Shown here in pieces: positions 38,578-46,576 of a stretch of 64,000 nt of DNA (positions are counted from its first letter, which is position 1; each line of letters starts with the position of its first letter). This DNA comes from Acidobacteriota bacterium (GTDB lineage Bacteria; Acidobacteriota; Aminicenantia; UBA2199), in assembly GCA_018897435.1 (NCBI GenBank), contig JAHIKI010000030.1, forward strand, positions 9,447-73,446. The letters run 5' to 3'. The notes below the pieces were generated by a model. That model ran no database searches. It was not told the origin of the DNA and saw only the letters and a list, made by a program, of their open reading frames with translations. A program made the translations under genes and the position numbers.

Positions 38578-39306
38578 TTAACTTAAATAGCCGAGTTTTT
38601 TCAGCTTTTCTCTGGCCGCATCCTCGTCAGCCTTGGAAATTTCGCCCTGGCCGCTATTCTGCGACACGAACTGGCTGAGGATATGGATAACGAAAGTGGG
38701 CAGATCGGGGAAATTCTGGTTGGCCAGGTTTTTGATCAGGTCCTGGCGCAGGTAATCGGGGATAAGAACATCTTTGCCGGCAGTTGGCAGGTAGCCAAGT
38801 TCTTCCATTTTGGCAAGGATCTTGCCCAGGGATTCGTCTTCGCTCTCCAGGTCGGTTTCAACGATCAGTTCCGGATTTTCCGGTTCTTCAAAGGGATCGG
38901 ATATGCCGGTGAAGTTCTTGACCTCACCGGATATGGCTTTTTTGTACATGCCCTTGATGTCGCGCTCGATGCATTTGTCCAGCGAGCATTTGACGTACAC
39001 TTCGATGAAATTGCCGATCATCTCCCGGATCTCGGCGCGGATGCTGCGGTAGGGCGAAACAAAAGCCGCGGTGGTCACGGCACCGTGCCGGGTCAGCAGC
39101 GAACAGACAAAACCCACCCGGCGGATATTCTCATCGCGATCCTCTTTGGAAAAACCCAGCCCTTTGCTTAAATATTTACGAGTAATATCGCCATCTAGGT
39201 CTTCGGCCAGGACGCCCCGTTTTTTGAGTTCGGCGCTCAACTTCAATGCCAGCGTGGTTTTCCCTGAACAGGGAAGCCCGGTGAACCAAACCGTTACTCC
39301 TTTCAT
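38578..39306 (-). CDS. cysC: adenylylsulfate (APS) kinase with a C-terminal extension
   Basis: The P-loop is VWFTGLPCSGKTTLA. An AAGGAG SD lies 7 nt before ATG 39306. An alternative ATG at 39339 directly abuts the upstream stop. About 60 extra C-terminal residues follow the usual kinase tail. Confidence 0.9.
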   Translation of the reverse strand: MKGVTVWFTGLPCSGKTTLALKLSAELKKRGVLAEDLDGDITRKYLSKGLGFSKEDRDENIRRVGFVCSLLTRHGAVTTAAFVSPYRSIRAEIREMIGNFIEVYVKCSLDKCIERDIKGMYKKAISGEVKNFTGISDPFEEPENPELIVETDLESEDESLGKILAKMEELGYLPTAGKDVLIPDYLRQDLIKNLANQNFPDLPTFVIHILSQFVSQNSGQGEISKADEDAAREKLKKLGYLS

Positions 39307-39339
39307 GGTAAACTCCTTATATGATTGATTTGTCTTCAT

Positions 39340-39858
39340 TTAGCGGTGGACGATCAGGTATTTTTTTGGCAGGATGAGTTTGCTGGAGAACTTGACGTTG
39401 GTCAGCATGATGATGGCCCTTTCCCGGTCGGGGAGTTCCTCCTGGAAAATTCCCTCCCAGCCCTCGAAATCGCCTTCATCGATCAGTATCCTGTCGCCTT
39501 TGTTGAAACGGTCTTCTCTTTTGTGCAGGACGACCAAGCCGTTGTTTTCGCGGGACTTGATGTCGCGGATCTTTTCATCGGCGATGGTCCAAAGGTATTC
39601 ATTGTAACCCAGGATGGTTTTTACTCCCCTGGTGTATTTCACTTTCTGGTAAAACTCGTGAATATCGAATTGGGCGAACAGGTAGCCGCTGAACAGGGGA
39701 GCGACACGATCGATCTTGATTTTGTTTTTTTTGATCTTTTTGTTGTAGACCGGCAAGTAGACGTTAATGGCCAGGGTGCGCAGATTCCTTTCCGCGTCGA
39801 ACTCCAGTTTGGGTTTGCTGCTGATAATGAACCAATCGTTGCCGGCAGTCTCTTTCAT
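39340..39858 (-). CDS. NusG-paralog transcription antiterminator (UpxY/RfaH-like; NGN plus KOW)
   Basis: The NGN pattern is WFIISSKPKLEFDAERNL...YLPVY...V.PLFSGYLFAQF. The KOW pattern is FNKGDRILIDEGDFEGWEGIFQEE. The product is 172 aa, shorter than my recollection of housekeeping NusG, and it is not next to secE/rplK. Confidence 0.8.
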   Translation of the reverse strand: MKETAGNDWFIISSKPKLEFDAERNLRTLAINVYLPVYNKKIKKNKIKIDRVAPLFSGYLFAQFDIHEFYQKVKYTRGVKTILGYNEYLWTIADEKIRDIKSRENNGLVVLHKREDRFNKGDRILIDEGDFEGWEGIFQEELPDRERAIIMLTNVKFSSKLILPKKYLIVHR

Positions 39859-39992
39859 CTGGAGATTTTAATTCAAATCGGCTTAAATGTCAATCGCCAC
39901 AATCATTGCCGGTGGGCCCGGCATGGCCGTTTTAAGGGACGCGCCTGGGCCCGGCGGTATTTTGTGATATAATTAGCAGGCAAGGAAGGCAT

Positions 39993-40631
39993 ATGAATGA
40001 AGAAAAGCACAATCCGGACCCGTTGATCACGCCCGCTGTTACGCAGGGGAAAGAGATCCTGCAGAAATTCCAGAAAAAATTCTGGCAGAATTCGAAATTC
40101 TGGCTGGCAGTGGCATCGCTGCTGATCCTGGCGGCCTTTGCCCTGATATACAAGACCACCGTGATGAACACGGCCATTTCTTCCGCCGAGTTGAAGGCGG
40201 CGCTGGAATTGTTCGATATTTCCAGCCAGTGGGTGGTCAACGAAAATGTCAATGAGGACGACTTCAAGGGTATCATCCTGGTTCCCGAGGTATCGTTCCG
40301 TATCCGCAATGTCGGGAAAAGGGACCTGAGTTATGTGTTTTTGTTGGGAGTGTTCCGCTTTATGGACAGCGGCAGGGTGATCGGTGAAGGCTACCAGATG
40401 GTTCTGCGCCGGGCCTTGCCTCCGAACGGGGAAAGCGAAAAATTCACCCTGACCGCCGGATTTGGTTACCGCGCCAGTTCAGCGGCCGCCTTTGAAAAAT
40501 ACAAGAAAGACTGGCGGAATTCTTTTTGCGAAATTTTTGTCAAGTCGCACAATTCCGGGATGACGGCGCTGAAGACTTTTTACATTAGCCGCAAGATCGC
40601 CGGCCAGGATATTGAAGTAAAAATCGAATAA
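39993..40631 (+). CDS. hypothetical single-pass membrane protein
   Basis: The 212-aa product has one TM helix (FWLAVASLLILAAFALI). I recognise no family. Confidence 0.5.
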   Translation: MNEEKHNPDPLITPAVTQGKEILQKFQKKFWQNSKFWLAVASLLILAAFALIYKTTVMNTAISSAELKAALELFDISSQWVVNENVNEDDFKGIILVPEVSFRIRNVGKRDLSYVFLLGVFRFMDSGRVIGEGYQMVLRRALPPNGESEKFTLTAGFGYRASSAAAFEKYKKDWRNSFCEIFVKSHNSGMTALKTFYISRKIAGQDIEVKIE

Positions 40632-40638
40632 AGCAGGC

Positions 40639-41130
40639 TTATTTCAGCAAAGAAGCGATCTTGTTTTTAAGTTCATCGCCCCGCAGCTGACGGGCTTCGA
40701 TCTTTCCCTTGCGGCCGATGACAAAAGTCGAGGGGATATACTCGACCTGGTAGAGGGTCGCGATTTCGCGTCCGGCCTCCATGTTGATGATGTGCACCCA
40801 GTCCATCTCCTTGTCCTTGACGAACTTGCGGGCCGCCTGCAGGTCGCGGTCGAGGCTGACGCTGATCAGAATGAAATCCTTATTTTTAAATTGCCGAAAA
40901 ATGCCAAGCAGGTTGGGGATCTCCACCCGGCAGGGCGGACACCAGGTAGCCCAGAAATCGAGCAGCACGACCTTGCCTTTAAGGTCGGACAATTTCACGG
41001 CCTTGCCGGCAATATCCTTGGTTTCAAAATCAGGAGGTTGGCTGTTGGCCGCCTGCACCGGGTAGGAAACCGCTAGTCCCAATATGATGGTGGTTATCAA
41101 TATCGTTAATTTTATTGTTTTCATATCCAC
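40639..41130 (-). CDS. TlpA/ResA-like periplasmic thiol:disulfide oxidoreductase
   Basis: It has a signal/anchor sequence and the thioredoxin-fold motif DFWATWCPPCRVEIP. Confidence 0.85.
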   Translation of the reverse strand: MDMKTIKLTILITTIILGLAVSYPVQAANSQPPDFETKDIAGKAVKLSDLKGKVVLLDFWATWCPPCRVEIPNLLGIFRQFKNKDFILISVSLDRDLQAARKFVKDKEMDWVHIINMEAGREIATLYQVEYIPSTFVIGRKGKIEARQLRGDELKNKIASLLK

Positions 41131-41193
41131 ATTCTATCATAAAAAGCCTGTTTCCTGAAGCCGATATCGGGGGTAGGTTTCGCTATTTGGATA

Positions 41194-41222
41194 TTGACAA
41201 TTTGTTTTAATGTTAATATATA
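41194..41222 (+). promoter_or_regulatory. sigma70-type promoter candidate (consensus -35)
   Basis: TTGACA (41194-41199), a 17-nt spacer, then TATATA (41217-41222), embedded in a TA-rich tract (41217-41243). Confidence 0.45.
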
Positions 41223-41259
41223 GAATATATATATATGTATATAGAAAAAAGGGGGGAGA

Positions 41260-42051
41260 ATGAAAATTGGCTTGATAACCGATTTTGGCGAGAATGACTA
41301 TTTCGTGGGTACCTTGAAGGGCGTGATCAAAAAAATCAATCCCCAAGCGGACATCATCGACATCTGTCACGGCGTGCCCTCGTATTTCATTCAGGGCGGT
41401 TCCTATGTGCTGGAAAAGACCTATCGTTTTTTTCCTGTGGGCACCATTTTCCTGGTGGTGGTCGATCCCGGCGTGGGGACTCAGCGTAAACTGCTGCTGG
41501 TCACAGCCGCTGGTTTCAGTTTTATCGCACCTGATAACGGAATTTTAACTCCAATTTTCAAGCTTGGCAAGGATACCCTTGTCCGCGAAATCGACCAGGA
41601 ACACTTTTTTTTAATTTCCGGGTCCTCTACGTTTGAAGCTCGGGACCGGATGGCCCCGGTGGCCGCCCATCTCTCGAAAGGAGTTGCCGCTTCGAATATC
41701 GGCAGTGAAACGACCGAATACGTAGTCAACTCGGATTATTACCCACAGCAGGTGCAGCCCGATCGGATCGAGGGGCGGATTATTCATGTGGATAAGTTCG
41801 GGAATATGATCAGCAATGTGCCGGGTAAATGGCTTTTTGAAAAGCTACTGGCCCGCGGATCCCAACATTTCATACTGCAGATCAACAACCAGGAAATCAG
41901 CGAGTACCGTCAGAACTATGCTTCGACGAGCGGTTTGCCGTTCCTGCTGATCGGCAGTCACGGCAACCTGGAAATCGCCATGAACCGACGCCAGGCCTTC
42001 AGAGAATTGAAAGCCCAGTTGAATCAGAAAATAGTCATCGTGTTTTCCTGA
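41260..42051 (+). CDS. SAM hydrolase / SAM-dependent halogenase family protein (DUF62, SAM hydroxide adenosyltransferase)
   Basis: The N-terminus IGLITDFGENDYFVGTLKGVI..INP...IIDI.H.VP and the segment VVDPGVGT are hallmarks of the DUF62 family. Confidence 0.8.
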   Translation: MKIGLITDFGENDYFVGTLKGVIKKINPQADIIDICHGVPSYFIQGGSYVLEKTYRFFPVGTIFLVVVDPGVGTQRKLLLVTAAGFSFIAPDNGILTPIFKLGKDTLVREIDQEHFFLISGSSTFEARDRMAPVAAHLSKGVAASNIGSETTEYVVNSDYYPQQVQPDRIEGRIIHVDKFGNMISNVPGKWLFEKLLARGSQHFILQINNQEISEYRQNYASTSGLPFLLIGSHGNLEIAMNRRQAFRELKAQLNQKIVIVFS

Positions 42052-42215
42052 GCAACGAAGCGGTTCGAAATTAACTAACGCTGGCAATTGAAACCTTTTG
42101 ACAGAACTGCAGAAGAAGAAATTGAAAAAAAAAATGATTTGTACTATTATGATTTTAGACTTGATTGGTTTTAATTAGGGTTTTGCGGGTAACAAAATCA
42201 ACAAGAGGTGAAAAC

Positions 42216-42698
42216 ATGTCATATTTACTAAGTGTGCAGGAAATTTTAGAATTTGCGGTTTATATCGAAGAAAGGGGTTATGAGTTCTATATCGGGGCCA
42301 TAAAGAAGTTCAGGGAAGCCCGTATCACCAAGCTTTTCCAATACCTGGCCGACGAGGAATTCAAACATGAAAAAGTTTTCAAGAAGCTGTTGAAGCTGAG
42401 CGGCGAGATCAAGGGCGGCAAACGTGACCCGGAATACCAGGCCTACATGCACGAATTCTGTAAAACGCATTCGCTGGGCGACCGCGAGGCGGTTAATGCC
42501 AAGCTTGCTAAATTATCCAGCCTGGAGGAGATCCTGGACTTGGCCATGGACTTTGAAAAGGATTCGGTCATCTTCTTTTCCCAACTAAAGGAAATGTATG
42601 CCAAGGGAAATACTGCTGCCATAGACAAGATCATCCATGAAGAAATGGGGCATTTGCGCAAGATCTTCCAGATTAAGAGAGAATTGGTCAAGAAATAA
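42216..42698 (+). CDS. rubrerythrin-like / ferritin-like diiron protein (no rubredoxin domain)
   Basis: An AAGAGGTG SD precedes ATG 42216. The four-helix diiron ligand pattern is E(ERGYEFY) ... EEFKH ... E(KDSV) ... EEMGH. Confidence 0.7.
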   Translation: MSYLLSVQEILEFAVYIEERGYEFYIGAIKKFREARITKLFQYLADEEFKHEKVFKKLLKLSGEIKGGKRDPEYQAYMHEFCKTHSLGDREAVNAKLAKLSSLEEILDLAMDFEKDSVIFFSQLKEMYAKGNTAAIDKIIHEEMGHLRKIFQIKRELVKK

Positions 42699-42752
42699 GC
42701 CATTTCCGGGGAATTGTCTGAATAAAGCGAATATTTCATTTTTGGAGGGCAC

Positions 42753-43304
42753 ATGGAGTTAATGAAGACCATCGAAACGCGTCGCGCCTACCGTTCGTTG
42801 GGGCCGGTTGAGATCGATGAAAGCCTGGTCCGCGAACTGGCCACGGCCGCCTCTCTTTCGGCTTCCTGCTTCAACAAGCAGCCCTGGCGCTACGTTTTCG
42901 CCTTTGAAAAACACGTTTTGAACCGGCTGCAGGGAGCCATGAACAAAGGCAATGAATGGACGAAGACAGCCTCCCTGATCGTCGCCGTATCCAGTCGCAA
43001 GGACCTGGATTGCGTGGTCAAGGGAAGGGAATATTACCTCTTCGACACCGGCATGGCCACCGCCTTTTTGATCCTGCGGGCCAGCGAACTCGGCTTGGTA
43101 GCCCATCCCATCGCCGGCTTTGATGAGGACAAGGCCAAGGAGATCCTGGGAATTCCCGCCGACATGCGTCTGATTACCCTGGTCAATGTCGGCAAACATC
43201 TTTTGCCGGCCAACTCCCTTCTGAACGAACAGCAGGCGGAAATCGAAAAAGCCAGGCCAGAACGTCTGCCTTTGAGCGAAATAATGAGGATGAATAAATT
43301 CTAG
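42753..43304 (+). CDS. nitroreductase family protein
   Basis: Contains IETRRAYRSL, NKQPWRYVF and a C-terminal HPIAGFD pattern. Confidence 0.8.
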   Translation: MELMKTIETRRAYRSLGPVEIDESLVRELATAASLSASCFNKQPWRYVFAFEKHVLNRLQGAMNKGNEWTKTASLIVAVSSRKDLDCVVKGREYYLFDTGMATAFLILRASELGLVAHPIAGFDEDKAKEILGIPADMRLITLVNVGKHLLPANSLLNEQQAEIEKARPERLPLSEIMRMNKF

Positions 43305-43327
43305 AAGGCCGGCAGGGTGGCGGTTCG

Positions 43328-43780
43328 CTATAGAAGCTTGCGAATAGCCTCTTTGGCCAATTTGTCGGCGCGTTCATTCAAAGCGATATTGCTGTGGGCG
43401 GCCACCTTATGAAATGTGATGTGGGGCAAGCGGTCTTTCAGCGCCAGCAGCCGCAGCCATAAATCTTTGTTTTCCACCGGTTTTTTGTTAGCCGTCAGCC
43501 AGCCGTTCTTTTGCCAGCGCTGATACCATTTCTGGGTCAGGCAGTTGTGCATGTAAGCGCTGTCGGTGAACACAGAGATCGGCAGGGCGGGATTCTTGAT
43601 CGCTTCCATGGCCATGATGCAGGCCAGAAGTTCCATGCGGTTGTTGGTGGTGTTTTTTTCGGCTCCGGAAATTTCCCGGGCCTTGCCCTGATACTGCAGG
43701 ATGGCTCCCCAGCCGCCGCGGTTTTGAGCCTGTTGGTTGTTGCTGCAGGCACCGTCGCAATAGATGATGATTCTATCCAT
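43328..43780 (-). CDS. rnhA: ribonuclease HI
   Basis: MDRIIIYCDGAC..., TNNRMEL, FTDS and NERADKLA supply the DEDD catalytic residues. ATG 43780 is preferred over the longer ORF-track start. Confidence 0.9.
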   Translation of the reverse strand: MDRIIIYCDGACSNNQQAQNRGGWGAILQYQGKAREISGAEKNTTNNRMELLACIMAMEAIKNPALPISVFTDSAYMHNCLTQKWYQRWQKNGWLTANKKPVENKDLWLRLLALKDRLPHITFHKVAAHSNIALNERADKLAKEAIRKLL

Positions 43781-43861
43781 TGAATTTTTTCCAGTTATGC
43801 AAAGCGCATTATAATTCGCTTGGCCAGGAAAAAGCAACCATTAAAACATTTTTATGCGTTT

Positions 43862-43891
43862 TTGACTTGATTTTTTTATTTGTGCTATAAT
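43862..43891 (+). promoter_or_regulatory. sigma70-type promoter candidate (consensus -10)
   Basis: TTGACT (43862-43867), an 18-nt spacer, then TATAAT (43886-43891). Confidence 0.5.
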
Positions 43892-43927
43892 GGCTCTACG
43901 GTTTTTTGGAGAGAGGCAAGGGGCAAG

Positions 43928-44437
43928 ATGGGTAAGAAAATATTGATTGTTGATGATGACCTGGTCATTCAGGATTCCCTGCAGGAACTTTTTACGGATG
44001 CGGGTTACGTTGTTCATCTGGCCGCCGACGGCATTAGTGGTTTCGATCTGATCAGCAGGGAAAAGCCGGATATTATCGTGGCCGATATCCTTCTACCCAG
44101 GATGCACGGGATCGCACTGTGCGAAAAAATTCGCGGCAACGATGAACTGCGGAATATCCCCATTATTTTGATGACCGGGGTCTACAAGGATGTCAATCTG
44201 CGCATGTACGTGCACAAAGGGCTAGCCGATGATTTCATTGAAAAACCATTCCGTGAAACGGAATTACTGAACAAGATCGAGCATTTTCTAGGTCCTAGCA
44301 CGGACAAGGTAGCTTCCCCGCCGGCTGCCGGGGAAACCCCCCTGCCGGGGCGAAATCACAAAAGCCGGAATGGCAGGTCCGTTGACCAGGATCTCGATGA
44401 ACTGATCATCTGGGCGCGCAACAAAAACAAAAAATAG
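43928..44437 (+). CDS. response-regulator receiver protein with a short low-complexity tail
   Basis: KILIVDDD, IIVADILLPRMHG, ILMTG and EKPF are receiver hallmarks. I recognise no DNA-binding domain. Confidence 0.8.
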   Translation: MGKKILIVDDDLVIQDSLQELFTDAGYVVHLAADGISGFDLISREKPDIIVADILLPRMHGIALCEKIRGNDELRNIPIILMTGVYKDVNLRMYVHKGLADDFIEKPFRETELLNKIEHFLGPSTDKVASPPAAGETPLPGRNHKSRNGRSVDQDLDELIIWARNKNKK

Positions 44438-44441
44438 CCCT

Positions 44442-44927
44442 TCAAGAGCAGGAAGTTTCGTGCCCACCGCCGCGAATCATGTCGCGCCCGTGCGGCATGA
44501 TGCCGGCCATCAGGGTGGCGCAGAATTCGGCGCCGCGCAGCGATCCGGGAAAATTAACGATGACCGTGTGGCCCTTCATGCCGCTATAAGCACGGGAAAA
44601 GACGGCGTGCGGGGTTTCCCGGGCCGATTCGCGGCGCAGCCATTCGCTGATGCCCGGGATAGCGCGGTCGCAGATACGGGCGCAGATTTCGGGAGTGATG
44701 TCCCGGGGCGAAAGGCCGGTACCGCCACTGGTCAGAATGTAATCCCGGTCCAGATTTCCGGCTATGGCTTGGGAGATCGCCTCCACCTCGTCAGGGACAA
44801 CGGTCAGAGAAATGTCGGCGCCGGGCAGCCGCTGTTCCAGGATCTCGCGGATGCGCGGTCCGGATAGATCGGCGTATTCGCCCCGCGCCGCCCTATCGGA
44901 TACGGTAATCACCGCTACTTTGAGCAT
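44442..44927 (-). CDS. MogA/MoaB-family molybdopterin adenylyltransferase
   Basis: An AGGAGG SD precedes ATG 44927. Motifs: MLKVAVITVSDR... and TSGGTGLSPRDITPE. Confidence 0.85.
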   Translation of the reverse strand: MLKVAVITVSDRAARGEYADLSGPRIREILEQRLPGADISLTVVPDEVEAISQAIAGNLDRDYILTSGGTGLSPRDITPEICARICDRAIPGISEWLRRESARETPHAVFSRAYSGMKGHTVIVNFPGSLRGAEFCATLMAGIMPHGRDMIRGGGHETSCS

Positions 44928-45330
44928 GGATCTTTCCTCCTTTGAGCACTTTGGCGAAAATCCCCTGGCTGGGCATGATGCATTCGCCGGCTGCATAGTA
45001 AATAGCGCAGCGGCTGTGGCATTCCTTGCCGATCTGGGTGATCTGCAGTTCCACCACGCCGATGGTAATTCTTTTTCCGACCTTGGCCCGGCTCCAATCC
45101 ACCCCGCGGGTGACGATGTTTTCGCCGAAGGCGCCGGGACCCAGGTCAAGACCCTTGGCCTTCATGGCGTCCACGGCTTCCCCGGCCAGCAGGGAAACCT
45201 GGCGGTGCCAGGCGCCGGCGTGGGCGTCGCCCTCGATGCCGAAATTTTCCCGGCAGACGATCTCGAGCACTTCGTGCTTTTGTACGCCCTTGACCGCGGC
45301 GATGTTTACCGACTCAACTTTGAATTTCAC
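44893..45330 (-). CDS. MOSC-domain protein
   Basis: The 145-aa product has a beta-barrel MOSC pattern (GIEGDAHAG...RQVSLL...GAFGENIVT.G). It overlaps the mogA-like start by 35 nt and the moaC 3' end by 17 nt. Confidence 0.7.
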   Translation of the reverse strand: MKFKVESVNIAAVKGVQKHEVLEIVCRENFGIEGDAHAGAWHRQVSLLAGEAVDAMKAKGLDLGPGAFGENIVTRGVDWSRAKVGKRITIGVVELQITQIGKECHSRCAIYYAAGECIMPSQGIFAKVLKGGKIHAQSSGDYRIR

Positions 45331-45769
45331 GTTTGCTTTTCTCCAGCAGGGCGATGGCGCCGATGATCATGTTTTTGTCTACCGCCTTGCACATGTCGTA
45401 GATGGTCAGGGCGGCGATGCTCACCGCGGTCAGCGCTTCCATCTCGATCCCGGTTTTGCCTTCACTGACGGCTTTGGCGGTGATCTCGATGCCGTCGGCC
45501 ACGATCTGGAACTGCACATCCAATTGGTGGATGGTTAGCGGGTGGCAGAGGGGGATCAGTTCCGCTGTCTTTTTGCTGCCTTGGATAGCGGCGATGCGGG
45601 CCACGGACAGGACATCGCCTTTTTGCAGAAGATTTTTTTTCAACAGATCCAGGGCCGTAGCGGAAATAATGATCTTGCCCGCGGCCACGGCCTCCCGGTG
45701 CATGGCTGGTTTCCCACTGATATCGACCATCTGCGCCTTTCCTGAACCGTTAACATGACTCAGTTTCAT
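45314..45769 (-). CDS. moaC: cyclic pyranopterin monophosphate synthase accessory protein MoaC
   Basis: Contains LSHVNGSGKAQMVDISGK, IPLCHPL and GIEMEALTAVS. Confidence 0.93.
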   Translation of the reverse strand: MKLSHVNGSGKAQMVDISGKPAMHREAVAAGKIIISATALDLLKKNLLQKGDVLSVARIAAIQGSKKTAELIPLCHPLTIHQLDVQFQIVADGIEITAKAVSEGKTGIEMEALTAVSIAALTIYDMCKAVDKNMIIGAIALLEKSKREIQS

Positions 45770-46576
45770 TTATCCTCCTATCTGCCAGTTTTCGCGGTTG
45801 CGGCAGGCAACCCCATGCTTGGGTTTGGCGTACACGGCTTTCTCCAGACTGGCCGGGATATCTGAAAAATCGACAGTAAATTCCCGGTCGGAGAACAGGC
45901 AGGGCTTCAGTTTACCGTCCGCGGTCAAACGCAGCCGGTTGCAAACGTTGCAGGATAGCGGCCTTTCCGCCGCCAATTCTTGTTGAACGGTTTTGTGGTC
46001 GTGTAAGGAGTAATGATGGATGCGCTGCAGGAGCAAGTCGTTTTTCCCACAGAACTTTTTCATGGTTTCCACTTCATTGTCATTGAATCCCGGGATCAGC
46101 ACCATATTGATCTTGGTTGCTTTGAAACCCACCCGGCGAGCGGCGGCCATCCCGGCAAAAACTTTTTCGATTTCACCGTTGCGGGTGAGCTGGCGGTATT
46201 TGCCGGCATCCAGAGTATCCAGGGAGATGTTCAAGCGGTCGAGCCCGGCCTGCTTGAGTTCAGCGGCCAGCAGGTCCAGGAGTGTGCCGTTGCTGGTCAT
46301 ACTTACTTCGCTGACGCCGGGGACGGCTTTAAGTTCGCAGACCAAAAAGACGATGTTTCTACGCAGCAGCGGCTCGCCCCCGGTCAGGCGGATCTTGTGT
46401 ATCCCCATTTCGGCCGCAGCGGCCACGATGTGAACGATCTTTTCATAGGACAGGATATCGGCATGGCTTTTCAATTCGATGCCGGCCTCGGGCATGCAGT
46501 AAGAGCAGCGCAGGTTGCAGCGGTCGGTTACCGAGACGCGCAGGTAGGTGATATTGCGGCTATAGGTATCGAACAT
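45770..46576 (-). CDS. moaA: GTP 3',8-cyclase MoaA (radical SAM), short form
   Basis: YLRVSVTDRCNLRCSYCMPE carries the CxxxCxxC cluster. A C-terminal Cys cluster (CNVCNRLRLTADGKLKPC) and a terminal GG are present. At 268 aa it is shorter than my recollection of ~320-330 aa. Confidence 0.88.
   Translation of the reverse strand: MFDTYSRNITYLRVSVTDRCNLRCSYCMPEAGIELKSHADILSYEKIVHIVAAAAEMGIHKIRLTGGEPLLRRNIVFLVCELKAVPGVSEVSMTSNGTLLDLLAAELKQAGLDRLNISLDTLDAGKYRQLTRNGEIEKVFAGMAAARRVGFKATKINMVLIPGFNDNEVETMKKFCGKNDLLLQRIHHYSLHDHKTVQQELAAERPLSCNVCNRLRLTADGKLKPCLFSDREFTVDFSDIPASLEKAVYAKPKHGVACRNRENWQIGG

Noticed and set aside
44928-45149. The 74-aa N-terminal extension of the MogA-like ORF.
   Set aside because: It overlaps the MOSC gene in another frame and has Pro/Ala/Ser-rich nonsense composition. 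A strong AGGAGG SD precedes ATG 44927, where the conserved MLKVAVITVSDR begins.
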